Origin: Seison nebaliae
Lineage: Eukaryota
Assembly (NCBI GenBank): GCA_023231475.1
Contig: JALJEE010000735.1
Coordinates: forward strand, 62,001 to 126,000
DNA length: 64,000 nt
Direction of reading: 5' to 3'
In this document: positions 12,797 to 27,800 of the stretch, in pieces
Layout of the letters: the number at the start of each line of letters is the position of its first letter
Numbering within the stretch: the stretch's first letter is position 1
Translations under genes and position numbers: made by a program
Notes under the pieces: generated by a model
Told to the model about the DNA's origin: nothing
Seen by the model: only the letters and a program-made list of their open reading frames with translations
The model's database searches: none

Positions 12797-13246
12797 AAAA
12801 CGGACAGATTTGCTTCTTCTACACCGGACAGATCTACTCATTTCTTAAAAATGGCAGACATTTAAACTCAACGATTTCTCAAAATTCCTTACGAAGTAAA
12901 TGTTTCGGAGAGTTCCCATTATAGTAATAGAAGAAATTGGAACATTTCTTCATTAAACCATATTTTTTCATTGAAATTGTGTTAAAAGAAGTAAAAAGAT
13001 GATCAATTATTATTAATTAACTACCTAAATATTGATTAATGATTACAATAAATAAAGAATATAAGAAAATGGGACAATTGTCCCAAATATAAAATGTTTA
13101 TTGAAATTAAAGGAAAAATGAACTAGATTTGTTCGAAATTTTTATTGTGTAGTGACATTTAAAGAGAAGTAGGAGGAGAACTGTCCGAAATTTATCATAA
13201 GAAATTTAGGAGAAGACATAGGAAAAAGAAGAGAACTGTCCGGTGA
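12797..13246. mobile_element. Degenerate inverted-repeat element of the GGACAG family (copy A)
   Basis: Left cggacagatttg and caccggacagatctact; right ggagaactgtccg and gagaactgtccggtg in inverted orientation; central palindrome gggacaattgtccc at ~13071. Confidence 0.45.
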
Positions 13247-13305
13247 CTGGAATGATATCATTCTATCGTTTTTTAGACTGCGATATGAATTAGCTATAGT
13301 ACTAA

Positions 13306-13375
13306 TGTATGTATGTATGTATGTATGTGTACACATATGTGTGTGTGTGTGTGTGTGAGTGAGTGTATGAGTATG
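13306..13375. repeat. Compound microsatellite (TATG)n/(TG)n
   Basis: Visible directly in sequence. Confidence 0.85.
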
Positions 13376-14450
13376 TAGGGTTATATCTGTCTTGATATGA
13401 GGAAGGAATATACATTTATAGTCTTTTCGCTTTGCTATTAATGCATCAATAAATACTCGAGGACAGATAAGACGACAGGCGAGAACCGAAGCAGTTTGCA
13501 CGTAGATAACTGTCGTTCTTATCTTATGTAAATACACGCGCCTGCATGTTATTATTGATAAAACAATAAGACTTAATCTCTTCACTCCTATCTGCAAATC
13601 TACTTCATTTATTCCTATAAAGATTTTTCCTTTATATTTTTTTGTTTTATTCTCTTCAAATGTCGGTTGAGTTCTTTTGAAAAGTTCTTTGAATTCTTTT
13701 TCAGGTTTCTATTAATAAAATCTTCCTGCGAAGATTCCTGTTTAATAATGGTCAATCTCAGGAAATAAGTTGCGAACGAATTAGAATAAATGTAAGTTAA
13801 GATAAGAAATAGAAAAGACTTTCAACTAATGGTACATAATGCTCTTTTGAAAAGAAGATGATACTGTTTTTGAAATTATCAATTATTTTAATTTTCATAT
13901 TCGGTTCTTAATTCCAGTCACTAATTCGAAACAGGAAAGTGTCGTATATTTATTGAGAATGAGATGGGAAGGAATTGAATGATTTCTCATCTTAACTAAA
14001 TATTTATATTCCTTCAGAGACATCGAAGTAAATTGAGAAGAGAATTGAATAAATAATATACAATATAAGTCTAATACAAAAGAAAGAACGTTGATGGATA
14101 ATCCTTCTTGAGAAGAAACATTAAATGATTCTCTCTGTCGAAGATCGTTGTTTTCCTTCCTCCCATTATCTTCACCGTTAAGGAAGCAAATAGAAGAAGA
14201 AATTAATTATTTTAATATTCTTTCACAATTATTTAATGTGGAATTTTAATTCTTCAAATTATTTTAGTTTTATTTGAAATAATTTCATTTTTTATTATTT
14301 GGTGATATGGAATTCATTTCCATCCTCTTGAAGCGATCTCCCCTATTTTCTCTCTTTCTCCTTTATTTTACTAAATATAAACTCTCTCATGACTGGGATT
14401 AGAGACAGTTAGGATAGAGAAGGAACACATTGAAACAAACGGTCAAACAT

Positions 14451-14976
14451 AGATTAGAGGACAGATCGTAACTGTACTTAAAGATTTTATTTAGGACGGT
14501 TATCAACCCATAATTAGGACAGTTCATCTACTCTCTCTTCATTTTTCAAACATTTCTCTACTTATTTGTCTGATTTTCGAATAGTTGAGAACTGTCTGAG
14601 AAAAAGAACAATTCTTAAACTTACAACGTACTGAAAATTATAAAATGGAACTTAAAATGTTATTATTTTTTTTATTGTAAATGTAAATCGTTAAATGTAA
14701 ATTAAATTTTAATGGAAACAGTATCCGTTTCTACGAAAAGGAAGACACATTTCATATGTAAAATTAATCACTAATCTCTTCAGCTCCTCATCTTTTATGT
14801 TATCGGATAATCTAGACTTTTTTCTCACTTTTTTATAAACAATTTATTTGAATAAAAGAATTTGGTCAAGAACTGCGCTTTAAATAAAATAAATAGGTTG
14901 AGAACTGTCCTAATTATTGGTTGAGAACTGTCCCCTAGAAATTTTTTTATAACGAGCTACAATCTGTCCGGCTATC
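14451..14976. mobile_element. ~525-bp non-autonomous DNA transposon (MITE) with ~75-bp imperfect TIRs (GGACAG family, copy B)
   Basis: 14459-14532 (ggacagatcgtaact..ggacggttatcaacccataattaggacagttc) matches the reverse complement of 14896-14969 (ggacagattgtagct..ggacagttctcaaccaataattaggacagttc). Direct repeat CAAACAT flanks both ends (14444-14450, 14977-14983). Confidence 0.7.
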
Positions 14977-17669
14977 CAAACATGAAGAGATCTGTGAACT
15001 GATGTGAGAGTTTGTCAAAAACCAGTTTCGTTTCAAGGTTAAGGATTGAGATGTCTAATGACAGATTCTTCATGAGAAGAATGATGTAGTTTAAATTGGA
15101 ATAGATTGGGAGAAGTTTTCTAATGAAATTATTAAGTATTCCTCCTCCTTTCCAATCTAATAATAATGACTAAGAATATCAGTAGAATGCTGATAGTATT
15201 ATTATTCTCTTTCAATATATCTGTTCGAAGTCGATTGGCAAATATCTCACATTAGAGACAGTTCAGAGAGAACTGATGTACATATCTCCATGAGATTGTT
15301 GATACAGTTGTTGTTCTTATCGTCATTTCGCGTAGATTACGTAAGAATTAGGATTCTTCATTACTATCATTCTTCATCGAATATTTAAAAGAACGAGAAT
15401 TTTATGTGTATGTGATGTTTGAGGGGATGGAGGAAGGGGATAGATTAATGAATGCTTTGGTTGTCACCCGTGCGGGGAAGGAAAACAAACGCGTCAATGA
15501 ATCTCTATCCTGATGTCCATGATTATTCCATGATGATGACTTTGGTCTTTTTTCCCATCTAATGGATGTATTCTTATGGAACTTCTTTTTAATTTAAATT
15601 CGACAACAGTTTATTCTTTGATGTAGTTGATGGCAGAAGTGGTTGGGATGTACCAGCATATTTACATGACTCGAGATATGTACATAGATTGTAGACGTAG
15701 ATGATTTAACTGTTGTTATTAATTCGAATTGATATGATGAGATGATGAGAATAATTTTAATATGAAAATAATTCGAGAAATAATTTCGGTTATACGACAA
15801 CAGGACAATGTTGATGATGAAATTCATGGAAATGAGTTGCAGTATGTAGGAATGAGATAAGAACGGCTCGCTTCACTCTCAAACCTTATCATCATTCAAA
15901 AAGTGGGAAGAAAAAAAAACGACTACGAGTTGAATAAATATTATGCTGAGTCAACTGAAATAGGAAGTTTTGTGTTGCTTTTAGGGAAAGTAAAGAAGAA
16001 AATGTTGGAAGTACAAGCGATCTTCTGAACGTATCCTTCTCCAATTCTTGTTTTTCTTCTCTATTTTTTTTCGATGTCTATCGGTTCCTTTGTTAGTCAT
16101 ATCTCTTTTCCTACTGCCGAGTGAGACATGATTAAAACGATATACTGAAAGGATCTCTCGATAAAAGCGAATAGCTCGGTAAACAAACGATTCTCAAATT
16201 TCTCCGTCGTTGAGCTAATTTCATGATATATTCGTATTAATGAATTAATGTCGTTTTCATTATTTTCGACGAGTCAACGACGATTTAACGAATGGAAGAC
16301 ATATCGACTCTCGAAACGATCGAGAAATCAAATTTCAGATCAAAGTCAGGTTGATCTAATCGGGATCGAATGTTGTTGAATGTACAACATTTCATCCATT
16401 TGCCTCCATTAAACTTCGTCTATCCAAGTCAAGTTCATCCATCATATCCATCAACTCCATTTCAATTTCTTTCTTCTGCACTCATCATGCTCATTAATTG
16501 TGGAATGTATCATGTAACAATAATATTCGATTTCATTCCTATTAATCTTTAGATTGTCAACTCCTATTCTCATAGCAAGTATCCAGTAACATATTATTCT
16601 TCGATATCAATGGAAAAAAGTGAACGAACCAATTTCACAAGAGAATCATTCAGTCTCTTAATCATTTTCCACCTTTTTTATTTTCATGTTTTTAATCGAA
16701 TGTCAATTCCAAACTAATTATCATAATCCCCGAATGAAGCGATGATATAATATTTACTGTCATCTGATAAGTGTGATAAATAAATAGAGCAGGCATGGTG
16801 AAGCGTATTATTTAGTATCATATTGAAATGTGGAACGAGATAGATTGATAGATAGAACAAATTCAACAGGTGAATATGTACGTGTCTGTATGTGCGTGCA
16901 ATGGGAAAATGAAACTTTAACAAACAGCAGCCAGATTTGGTGTGTGACATTACCCCCTCATACTGATTACAACGATTTACATGGTTAAATATTATTCTTC
17001 TTTCTCTTACTCTGATCATCGACGTTGTCGTCGTCGTCGTCGTCGTTGATCGTTTATTTCGATTATCATTATATGGATATTACTAATCATTCTTATTACC
17101 GTTAAATGAAGTTGATTGATTTTACGGATATATGAATCATCTCATCAGCTTTATGATTTCACGTCCTCTATTATTTCTTTCCTTCACAATAAATAAATTA
17201 ACATGTAATTCGACGGGAATTAATATTCGGAGAACTATATCTCCTATTTATTCTCTGATTCTTTTAACACTTGAGTCAATTATTAATATTTCATTGAAAC
17301 GACTGAAATGACAAAATGAAAAGTTTCATAATTTTCCGGATGATGATGTTGAAATACGTAAACATTCAGGATTTAGTTGTGGACGCGTTCTTGTTTGTCG
17401 TATGTGTCGATTCACACATTCTCTCCAGAGTTGATGGTAAACATTTAAAAGTTTTCCTCATTTCACTATAAATTACAGAGTTCGATAGTCAGTCAACTTG
17501 AAGTCTCATCCCAAACAGGTTCTCCTCATCATCACCAGCTCACCAGATTTCTCTAGAGAGACGTCCACCACATAACATGGAATTATTATTTATATGATGG
17601 ACATAAATTATGTTTCATCGAATTATAGATTGAGACAACAGTCCTATTTGTTCATAACTAAATATTTAT

Positions 17670-18078
17670 GAAAACGGATAGATCTACTTTTTGTGAAATA
17701 GACAAATTTTTATGTTATTTTCTTAATTGGGACAGTTTTACTTTTTCAAAATTTTTTTAAGAAGCCGTCTTTTGTTTTTTATGGATATTCCTCCATCGTT
17801 TGTGGACCAATTCAGTTTTTAGGGGGAGTGAATTCCTTTCCGAAAGCAAATGAAAACTCTGGGTAAAGACAACTCTAGAATTGTCAAATTACATTGTCAT
17901 TGTACAATGTTTGCTGCAAGTATATGAAATTCGTTTGGCCTGTTGCACTGTCCCTATGACTAGAAACTGTTTTCCAAATGACTAAAAAAGTGTTAAAGAA
18001 AAATAACTGTGCGGAAATATGAGGAAGAATAAGTTAGAGACATATCTTACAAGAAATGGAAGTAAAACTGTCTGGAAA
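17670..18078. mobile_element. Possible third, more decayed GGACAG-family element (copy C)
   Basis: aaaacggatagatctact at 17671 resembles the copy A left end; gggacagtt ~17729, actgtccc ~17947 and aaactgtctgg ~18065 in inverted arrangement. Confidence 0.35.
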
Positions 18079-18589
18079 ATCAAAAAACCGGAAAAATATT
18101 TAAAAATAATACTTTTTGTAATAAGTTCTGTAGAATAATCCAACAAACGAATTAAATGATCACGTCAAACGATCAGAATGATCTCCTAACGTAAATTAGG
18201 ATGAGAGGAATAAAACTTCATCAAATGATGGATCGTATTAAGTGTGCTGCTTTCTTTTAACGAACGGACGCTATTTCTCTATTTTCTTCATCTCTAGAAT
18301 CATATCTCGAAATAGCGGAAGGATCAACTTACTTTTGTTGCATCATCTTATGGATAAGGTTTAGTTAACTCATTCATTTATTCATTCTTTTATTCTATCC
18401 CTTCATCTATATCTATCCAGTTTCATTCTTTTATTTAGTCATTCATTCTTTCTTTTATGCAATAACTGACTAACTGACTGACTGACTGAATGACTGACTA
18501 AGCTCACTTTAAAAGTTAGTTCGATCTACTTCATTTTTTTGTTATGATTCTATCATCATCCCAATACTCGTGCTCCATCTCTTTTAAAA

Positions 18590-18868
18590 CCGGACGAATA
18601 ACCTCTCTAGCTTAAGCAATAGGACTCAAATCTTCTTCGATCTCTTGAAATAAAATTCCGACACTTTATTCGTATCAGTTCGAAAATAAAACCAAAATTA
18701 GTCACTAGAAATATTAAACTTCAATTTTTGTTCCTTTATCGTTTTTAACTTAAATTTTACGTCATAATTAAAATTTTAATTGTGAATTGAGAGAAGTCTG
18801 CATTTTTTTCAAGAAATAACTAAACTGGAAGTCAATCAGAGTCTTAATGCTTTGGACACATTCGCCCA
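18590..18868. mobile_element. Degenerate ~280-bp MITE-like inverted repeat
   Basis: ggacgaat..aagcaataggactc on the left versus gagtcttaatgctt..attcgccc on the right (12/14 match for the core arm), AT-rich interior. Confidence 0.35.
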
Positions 18869-20605
18869 AGTCTAATCTGTCTACTTATCTTCGTATTCAC
18901 TCGTATGTCGATCTGTACGTCTCTCGTTTGTCCTATCCATCATTACTATTTTTTTCTTAATACTTAGTCACCTATCAACAAACTTGTTAGTCAATTCATA
19001 CCTGATTCTGTTGAATGACTATTGTATGTTATGATCATTCACCTCGACTCGTCTAATGGAATGGAGTGTGGATATAATGGGAGAGACAACCTTAGAATTA
19101 ACACCCGAAAAATCGTAAGTTACAGTGAGGAGATGGGGGTGGGAGGGGGTGAGGAATTGAGACGGACATAAGAAGATATATTAAGCTAGAAAAAGATGGA
19201 TAGAAAGACAGATGCATATCGGTAGTCAGACAGTTCTGTATCTGCAGTTTCCATATCTTTGTTCGTATATTCATTATTATCTACCTATTTATCCAACAAA
19301 TCATCTATTCATCTATCCGCCTATCCATCATTATTCAGTTTCCTATCCATCCATTTGCATATATCTTCCTTATCCTTTGATTCGATTTTGTGAGAGATGT
19401 GCAATATTATTTGAATACCAATAGATGCCAGTGAGTATATAAGTACAGTATTAGTGAATGCATAAAGGATAATACTATATTTAGAACATTGCCTACATTA
19501 TCCTTACGAATGGCAATATGCTTATTATGTTTCGATAGTTTATTATTCAAATGTATTTGGATAAATTGCATATTCCTCCATCTACCAGTTACCATCAGAT
19601 ATGGTATATGGCTCGTTTCCTTTTTTCCTCTTCTTCTCATATACCAAATGATTATTTGATGACCAATTGGCTTTTATCACAAATTTGGAAGAATTAAAAA
19701 AATGTTCGTTAAGAATCGTGATGATTATCTTGAAGGATTATTCTTTTAAATTGTTCCTGATCATCTTTTCTTGTCAGAAAAGAAGAGATAAGCAATCTAG
19801 TTAATTTGGTGACGATTAACTGCTTCTCTTCTGCTCATTTTCCCATTTTATCCTTCTAAATCATTAACAGACCACCAACATTTCTCACATGATTAAATAA
19901 TGATATTTTAATGAATTCTTTCCATCCACTGCAGCCAATTCCGGCGTTATCTAACTTCCATAAATCTCAATTTCATTTTTTGGATATTAAAATAATTTTC
20001 AATTCCGGTTCTTATTTCGGTTGACACCTGAGTTAAGTGTTTAATACATTATGTCCTACTCTTCTACTCTTTTGATGGTATATTTGATGGTAGATTCAAA
20101 TAATTTCATTAGGATAATCTACGAATCTCACCATATGGACATCGAGCAAGAAAACATGGCTATGAGGTGAAAATTGCGAGATTTGAATATGGTCGTTGCT
20201 AAAGAAAGAAATGGCAAAAGAAATAAATTGTAGTATGTATCATGATGTGCATCTATCTATCTATCTTTATTGACTGATGGATTGATATCTACCGATTGTA
20301 TATATCCATCCGATATCGAAGTGAATTATCATTATTTAAATCTCTTTATCTTCTTCCACTGCTGCCATTCCATCACATATCTTTCCATAGAAGACGCGGA
20401 TAAAGATGGTGCATAAAAGAAAGTTGAACTATTTGTGTGTGTTGAGAGGGAGAGACACCTATCCATCATGGATAGACGGATGTGTCTTTATTTATTATTT
20501 GAGGATAGGATCCATCTGGCTATCCAGCATATATTTATCTTTGAATCTCTTGATCTATTCATTTATCATTTTCTTCTTCTTCTTCATCTTCATCTTTGTC
20601 GTTTT

Positions 20606-20660
20606 GGAAGAAGAAGTAGAAGAAGTAGAAGAAGAAGAAGAAGAAGAAGAAGAAGAAGAG
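20606..20660. repeat. (GAA)n microsatellite preceded by a (TTC/ATC)n tract
   Basis: Visible directly; it produces the spurious poly-E/R/S ORFs in the track. Confidence 0.85.
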
Positions 20661-21786
20661 TATTCACTTCGATTGCTGTGAAAAGGAGTGCATCGTACTA
20701 ATTTCCATTCATTATTCCTATCATCTACTCCTTCATTGAGACGAATATTAATGGATATAACACGCACATATCTCCCAAATAGTATTAGCTATGTAATCCA
20801 TCCATCTATCTATCTATCTATCCATCCAGCCAGCTAGTTAACCATTCGATCTATCCAAGTATTTTCCAATTTATCTTACAATCTATCAATCTCCATCTAT
20901 CCACATTATCTGTTCATCTATCTGTACGTTCGACCATTCCTTCATTCGATCGTCTAACCGACCGCCCATTCGTCTATCTATCGACGAATCCTCATATCCA
21001 TCTACTGTTCCTTCAAATGAATGTAACAACGAATTAGGGAACTCGAACGGTATAACATGATATGTTGTTCTCTTCCTATGTATGTGAAATGGGAGAGATG
21101 TTAGATTCGGATGTGGAGTCATTTTAAATGAAATTTCAATCCAAATCTATTGTCGTATGTCGTTCGATTAGACGATTAGTGTTTAATCAAATTCATTATT
21201 ATCTTCTAACCATTAAAATGGATGATTAGTAATCTTGTGTAAACGATGAAGATAATTTTGCATCGTTCGAAAGTTCTTTACTCATCTCAATAGAATAATC
21301 AATCTCATAACTGTAAATTGGCATCATCATGTTTATCTAATGTCTTCCTCTTCTTCCTTCCCTTCACCTCCTCCTCCTCCAACTCCTCCTCCTCCTGCTT
21401 AACAACGGGAACGATAGATATGATATATATTCATATAAATTACTCAATTCTTCTAACTTGATCATCATTATCCATATCAGTTAAATGACGATGTACCATC
21501 ACCTTTACCACTCTCTGTTAATGGCAGAGATAATGATTTACTCGTCATTTTATGGATTCTCAATATGATCATGTTGATGGAACGAGGTATAGACTCAATT
21601 TATCATAATTCCATCGAAGATCATCTGAATTGGATTGATGTCGGTTAATTCGGCTTATCATTATCAGTTTGAAGTGCCAACACATGCAGAAGAATCAACG
21701 CCTCTGTTTCATGACTGTCTGATAAGTAGTGTTAATCTTTTATATCGACCGATAGAGAATTCCCTTTTGGTTCTTCTTCTTGTCGC

Positions 21787-21787
<1 letters not shown>

Positions 21788-21826
<39 letters not shown>

Positions 21827-21827
21827 G
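21788..21827. repeat. (GTT)n microsatellite, non-coding
   Basis: About 13 gtt units. Confidence 0.85.
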
Positions 21828-24800
21828 GTCCCTGCAATTTCTTCATTTACTAATAGTTATGATGAATATTGGAAGAGATTCCTATTTATAAATAACGATC
21901 AATGATGAAGATGAAAATTTTATCAAAATAACAAATTTCATATAATGTTAAATCATCTTTTCTAATACTACCACTATCATCATCATATTCATTATTATTA
22001 TCAGTATCCATATCAGTCCCAATACAAATCTTCTTCCATAGCGAATAGATTAATGTGGAGGAGCAAATGCTTAAAAGGTATAAGAGAAGATATGTAAATC
22101 TGTGCACTTCGACTACATATCTCTTCCGCACGTACACATGATGTTATAGGTAATAATCAGACAGAAAGTTCAGTTTGGAAGTAAAGAAATATCTTGTAAT
22201 TACTTAGATCGTAAAGTCTAAAGCATTAACGAAGGATCTGCATCGTTCTTAATCGTCAATGTTCCGGAGAAAGAGCATAACGATGCATTGCATTGGGACC
22301 TGCACCTTAATCCTTTCAAGTCGTTTGGGAATCTCTTAAGGTACTTAAAGATCGTATCAAATATTCATTCTAATATGATTTCATTTCGTCTTCTTCTCTC
22401 CTCCTCCTCCTCTTCTCCCACCAAAAATATTCTTCACTTCCATCATATAAATATCTTAATTTGTTTTCGTCTTCTTCTTCTTCTTTAGTTTCGGATACAA
22501 AACAGTTTTAATGGTTTGAGATTCTTATTCTTCTCGTTCCATTCTCTCTCACCATAAATCTCATCTCATGTCGGTGACGAGTCTTATCAGAATGAATATG
22601 ATCTGATATTAGTTGACTCATATTCGCTCCATACTTCTTCTTCCTTTAAACTTTCTCCCAACACCACATTTCTCCGTGAGTGAATGTGTGAGTGAGTGAG
22701 TGAGATTGTTGACGATTCCATGGATACATATCCGAATGAAAATATTCGTTCAAAAAGGAGATAATTCCCATTGTCACATGATGGGACGAGAGATTGATGG
22801 ATAGTGACGAGTATTTTTTTGTATTAAATGCATAGAATATATACGTGTTAGCCAGATCATCGTTCAAACGATTATTATATCTTATAATCATTTATTTTTA
22901 ATGTTTTCTCATAATCATCATGTTTAATTATGGACAATATATTCATCACTATCTCCCATCGTTCATCATATATATATATATATATATATCATAAGTGGAA
23001 TGAATCTCTTTCAAAATTATCAGTTTTATCTCTGGAAAGATCACCTCTGACAATGTTCACATCTGTTACTATGAATAACTGTGAAATGATGCGTTTCATA
23101 TCCTGTTACGGATAAAAGAATTTGTTAACGACGCAAAAAAGTGGAAATTGATCGTTTTGTTGATAAGTGGAAGATCTTGATAACTCACATATTGTCAATA
23201 GAGATGAGAGAGAAGAGATGAGATATTGTTATCTGATCACAATTTTCGGTTCTTTTCCTTTAATAGCAGATCGTGAATTTTATGAATCTAATTTGGAAGT
23301 AAAAGAAAAATTATATTTAGGAAAGAACTAAAAGAATTTTAGTGATTACATGAGATGGAGAAGTTCCTTCAAATTCATGTTCCAATTCTCAATCGTCAGA
23401 ATCCTCTATCAAATAGGAAGATATTCAAAATGTTTTACCTTTTACTCCTTCTTTCCTAAAAAGGCCACGAGGAGAGATGGTTTTAAAATGTTCTTTCTCT
23501 TGTTGTCGTTGTTGTTGTTGTTGTTGTTAATTCTATCCTTAAAGTTCTGTGTAGTTTTTGTTGTTGAAAAGAAAAAGAAATAAATGAATATGGAAGCAAT
23601 CTATTCTTAATCGTCACGTCTTTGTCGATTATGTTTGGGCGAATGCATTCGAAATATTCTTCTAATTTCATCGACGTTAGCTGCGTGCTCGATCCGGATT
23701 CCATGCAGTTAATCCGCACAGATTACTAACAGATTATCGGAATACCGGTTCGCGTGTCATGTCGCTTAATTGAATACGTATAATTTTTAGATATATGAGA
23801 GCTCCATTTATGTCGACTTGTAGTCGAACATGAGAAAAAAAATTTGACTAGAAATTGATGTGGATCAATGCGAATCATGAAAAATTTTTATGAATCGGTA
23901 CGTGAATAAATTTTGATGCGTCATTCCATAATTGGGGAATTAACTCGTAGTACCTAAATACTTCGACTGTCCTACATTACACGAGATTATGAGAAGGAGA
24001 TGTCTTGTTTATTTGGCGAATGAGATTGGGATGCAAATGGAATATTCATAATTCATACCTTTAATGGATGTGACGCCGATCGAGTGAATTGATGTCTTTA
24101 AGATTCTTTCCATTTTTCACATTTCTCTCATGTTCATTTATTATCTTTTACTTCATTAATCTTAATGTTTCCCCTTCCATTCTACCTTCCTACTAGATGA
24201 CATAATGTTTATGCATATAACATTCATTTGTAGACGAATGTTCACTATCAATCGCTATCACATTCACCGTAACGACCACGACGATGACAACCACCACCAC
24301 TTGTACTATAGAGGATGGGAATTGTTGTCAAATGAATTTGTCAACGATTAGCATGGGATTAAGTTCTGACGATTAGTTTTGCCTGAGTGGAATGTGAAAA
24401 TTTCTTATCGATCGATAAGACTACGAGTTGTCGAGATAACGTCATTTTGGAAGAAGTAATTCCAAAAGAGAAATAGAAATTGGTGAATTTCCCCCAATTC
24501 CATTCAACGCCAACATTCCTCTCCATTTATCGATCGATCGATCGATCTTGATTGATGATATTGTGTGCAAATCATTGGGGGAAAAAGATTCAGTTAAGCA
24601 TAGAACAATTCGACAAATCAAGTAATGGGATAAGATCAATATTCCTTTTTTTTTCGAATATCGACAAATGATGATTATGAATTTCAATAGAGGATGGATG
24701 GTAGTTAATAGAAATTTTCGAGAACAGTTTCCTCTCCTCCTCGTCATAAGAGACAGGGCGGTGCACGAAGTACATATATCGAATATTCACTGAGTCGTTA

Positions 24801-27800
24801 AGGCAGCAATCCTGCAACAGGTGTGCTTGATTGGATTGCCTTTCTGATCTGGTCACAGCCGGTGAGATTCTGTATGTGTCATCATCATCATCATTATCAT
24901 CATCACCGTTATTATTATGATCCTCCTTTATTCACTCACTCATCTTCACTTACTATTCGGCTTCCGATGTCGTTTGGCCTATCAGTGTGAGAGCTAGAAT
25001 AAGTCTTTTCTTTCACTTCGTCATCTTCTACTTTTTAGTCATTGCTACTGCTGTTGCTTCATCCATTTCTCCTTTCTCCCATTTTTATTTTTCTTCTTTT
25101 TGCTCAATAACTTCTTTCGATTTAATTCTTCCTGCATAAAGTATTAATGATTGAGTATGTGAGCAACAGCGGTTCAAGTGTCGCAGTTAGTATAAGGGGG
25201 AAAGCATATTAACAGAAAAGAGGAAAGTGGATCTGAATTTTGAAGTCAAACGATCGATCGATGGATGGCAGCAGATGGTTCTTTCGTTGCACAATCGAAG
25301 AAATGGGTTTAGGAATAGAAATGACTTATTCATCGTACTTATTCTCTTTGAGCACGAAGTCTTCATTCAGATGTGCTGACAAATTCTCTTTTGCTTCTTC
25401 CTATCTCTACTCATTCTTCAACACTATTATCTTCTCTCACTTTTAACACACTGGTTCTTTAGTCTTTAGGTTTTAGGTATTAAATTAATCTAATTTAGGT
25501 TTAACGGATTTTCCACAAGCCATTGGAAAACTAATTAAATGTATTTTAAAATTTTAATTATTGAAAGTCTTCTAAATGGCCGACGAATAGTGGACTCTGA
25601 CGAGTGAAAGAATTATAGTCCTCTCTTCTTATTCACATTCTTCAATGATTCGTTGAGTTTTAATCAATGTCATTGAGATGGTCGTAAATGATTTATTCTT
25701 TCACTAATTTATTATTCTCTCTCCTTATTATTGTTACAATGGATTAAATTGATGTCGATGTATCAAATTTAGTTGAATCTTGGAATTTGATAGAAAACAA
25801 AACGATTATAAATGTGATGGAAGAGTCATAATCCGAGATAAGGTATTTAGCTTCTCATATCTCTCCGCTCTCTCTCTCTCTCTCATTCTTCATTCCTTCT
25901 CCTTAATCGTTAAGAGAATAAGAATAGTTCGATTGGAACTAATTTGTTATTTTTTCATTTAAAATAATTGGGATTCTTTACAAAAATTTCTCGTTGACTT
26001 TATCGTTTCCATCTTTCTTTCCCTCACGAATTCATGAATGATTGCGTTGTTTTGCTTATGGATTAGCAATTTGATCCTTTAATTATTACCAATTCCATAC
26101 AGGAATTCTCTGCCAATTCGAATGGAAGTTGTCGAGTGGAATTGATTGATTTTCTAACTGTCATTCATCGTAAGACGTTTACACATCTAGCGACAACTCA
26201 TTTTCTATTCGAATCGATTATTTCTTCACTTTTGACGGATAAGAAGACATTAATGTGTGTGTATATGTGTGAGTATGTGCGTCGACACCCGATCTACAGA
26301 AGACTATACGCGGATAGATGGACTGGAGAAAAAAATTCTTTTACATTGTTTCCTAATCGACAATAGGTAGAAGAAATTAGTGTGAAAGAATTACATTGCC
26401 GCCTTCTTTTTCTCTCATTATTTCCATGCTGATGCTGATGATGATTATTACAATTATTATGATTAGTGTAATTCCTAGTTGTTTGAACGTATTCTATTCA
26501 AATGGAAAACAGACCGATCGAGACAATAGCTTTCGATGACAAACGATTGTAAAGAATTGATGTGAAGCGATTTCTCTTCATCGCGATTTGACTCCATGGT
26601 GATATCGCGGTATTGTCTCATAAAAAATGAAAAACAAATTAATCTTATTGAGCTATGACAGGTTATCGTCTTTTCAATTCCTGAGAGCCGAGCACATTGT
26701 TCGCCTCGTCATCGATAATCTATTGTTTTTCTTTCCTTCTCCACTTCCAATCTGCACTGGGGAATCGGTAAAGACAGTGAGAAATAGATATACATTTTAG
26801 TATATGATAGTCTACCTTCATAGCTTATTCTTGATTCGAGCACGTCGAATATCTGTTCAATAATGAATTCTCTCATTTCCAATATTTTATTCTAATTATT
26901 TGTATATGAGAATGGATAGTCGACTTGCTCACCTACCGATACTAACACCGTCATTCTACCCATTATTGGCATCGTTCATCATTATGGAGTCGATGATTTG
27001 CCTTTCCATTTCTTGTCTCTCCTTTCTCATTCTCACATTCTTCATATTTTTCATTTTCATCTACTTCTTCTCCCCCTTCCATCGTGTCATCTTCATCCCC
27101 TCCAGTTCTCCATCCAACAAAATTCCCACCGTCTCATCTTTCATCATTATCTTATATTCAAAACTTATTTATTCCGATGTCCCTCGATACATAAATGAAA
27201 AACTAATTTTTCACTAAATCTTGATCAGAGTTGAAAAGTAACAATATAGTTCGTAGTTCGAGAAAGGAAGGAACATAGTTCGCGTCATGTTAGAAAAAGA
27301 AAGTTTTCTTATTTCAACATCTTCGTTTAGTGACGAATGTAATCGAACATGGTGGACAAGATGCCAAGGCAACCGTAGAAATCAAGTTGCAAGCCATTAT
27401 TGGAGATTCAGTTATCTTGACTCACGTAATTGCCTCATTCTTCTGTCGAATCGTTCTCTTCTCTGTCTGACAAGAGGGATTTCATCGACGAAACTTTCAT
27501 TTGAAAGAGGACCATAATAACGGAATGTTAATGGAAAGAAAAAATAAAAATCTTTATGGAATGAGATGAGATGAAGAAACATATAAGAGTAAACTGCATT
27601 TCTATTTCATAGTCATAAGACAATTGTTTCAGTTAAGATTCAAATGGATTGTCATCGACAAAATCGTCTTACATTTTCCAATCATTCACTTTTCAAACGT
27701 CATTAAAGTTCATTTTCTGCTTGAATCAAGCTTTTAGTCATTATATTGTTGTTGTTATTATTATTAGTAAAACTCTCTTCCATATTCGATTCTGTATAAC

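Noticed and set aside
20406..20767. Poly-E, poly-R and poly-S ORFs
   Set aside because: Products of a (GAA)n microsatellite; no splice or homology support.
25449..25603. TTTAGG units (telomere-like) and a weak CACT..AGTG inverted repeat
   Set aside because: Only three scattered units and poor arm identity.
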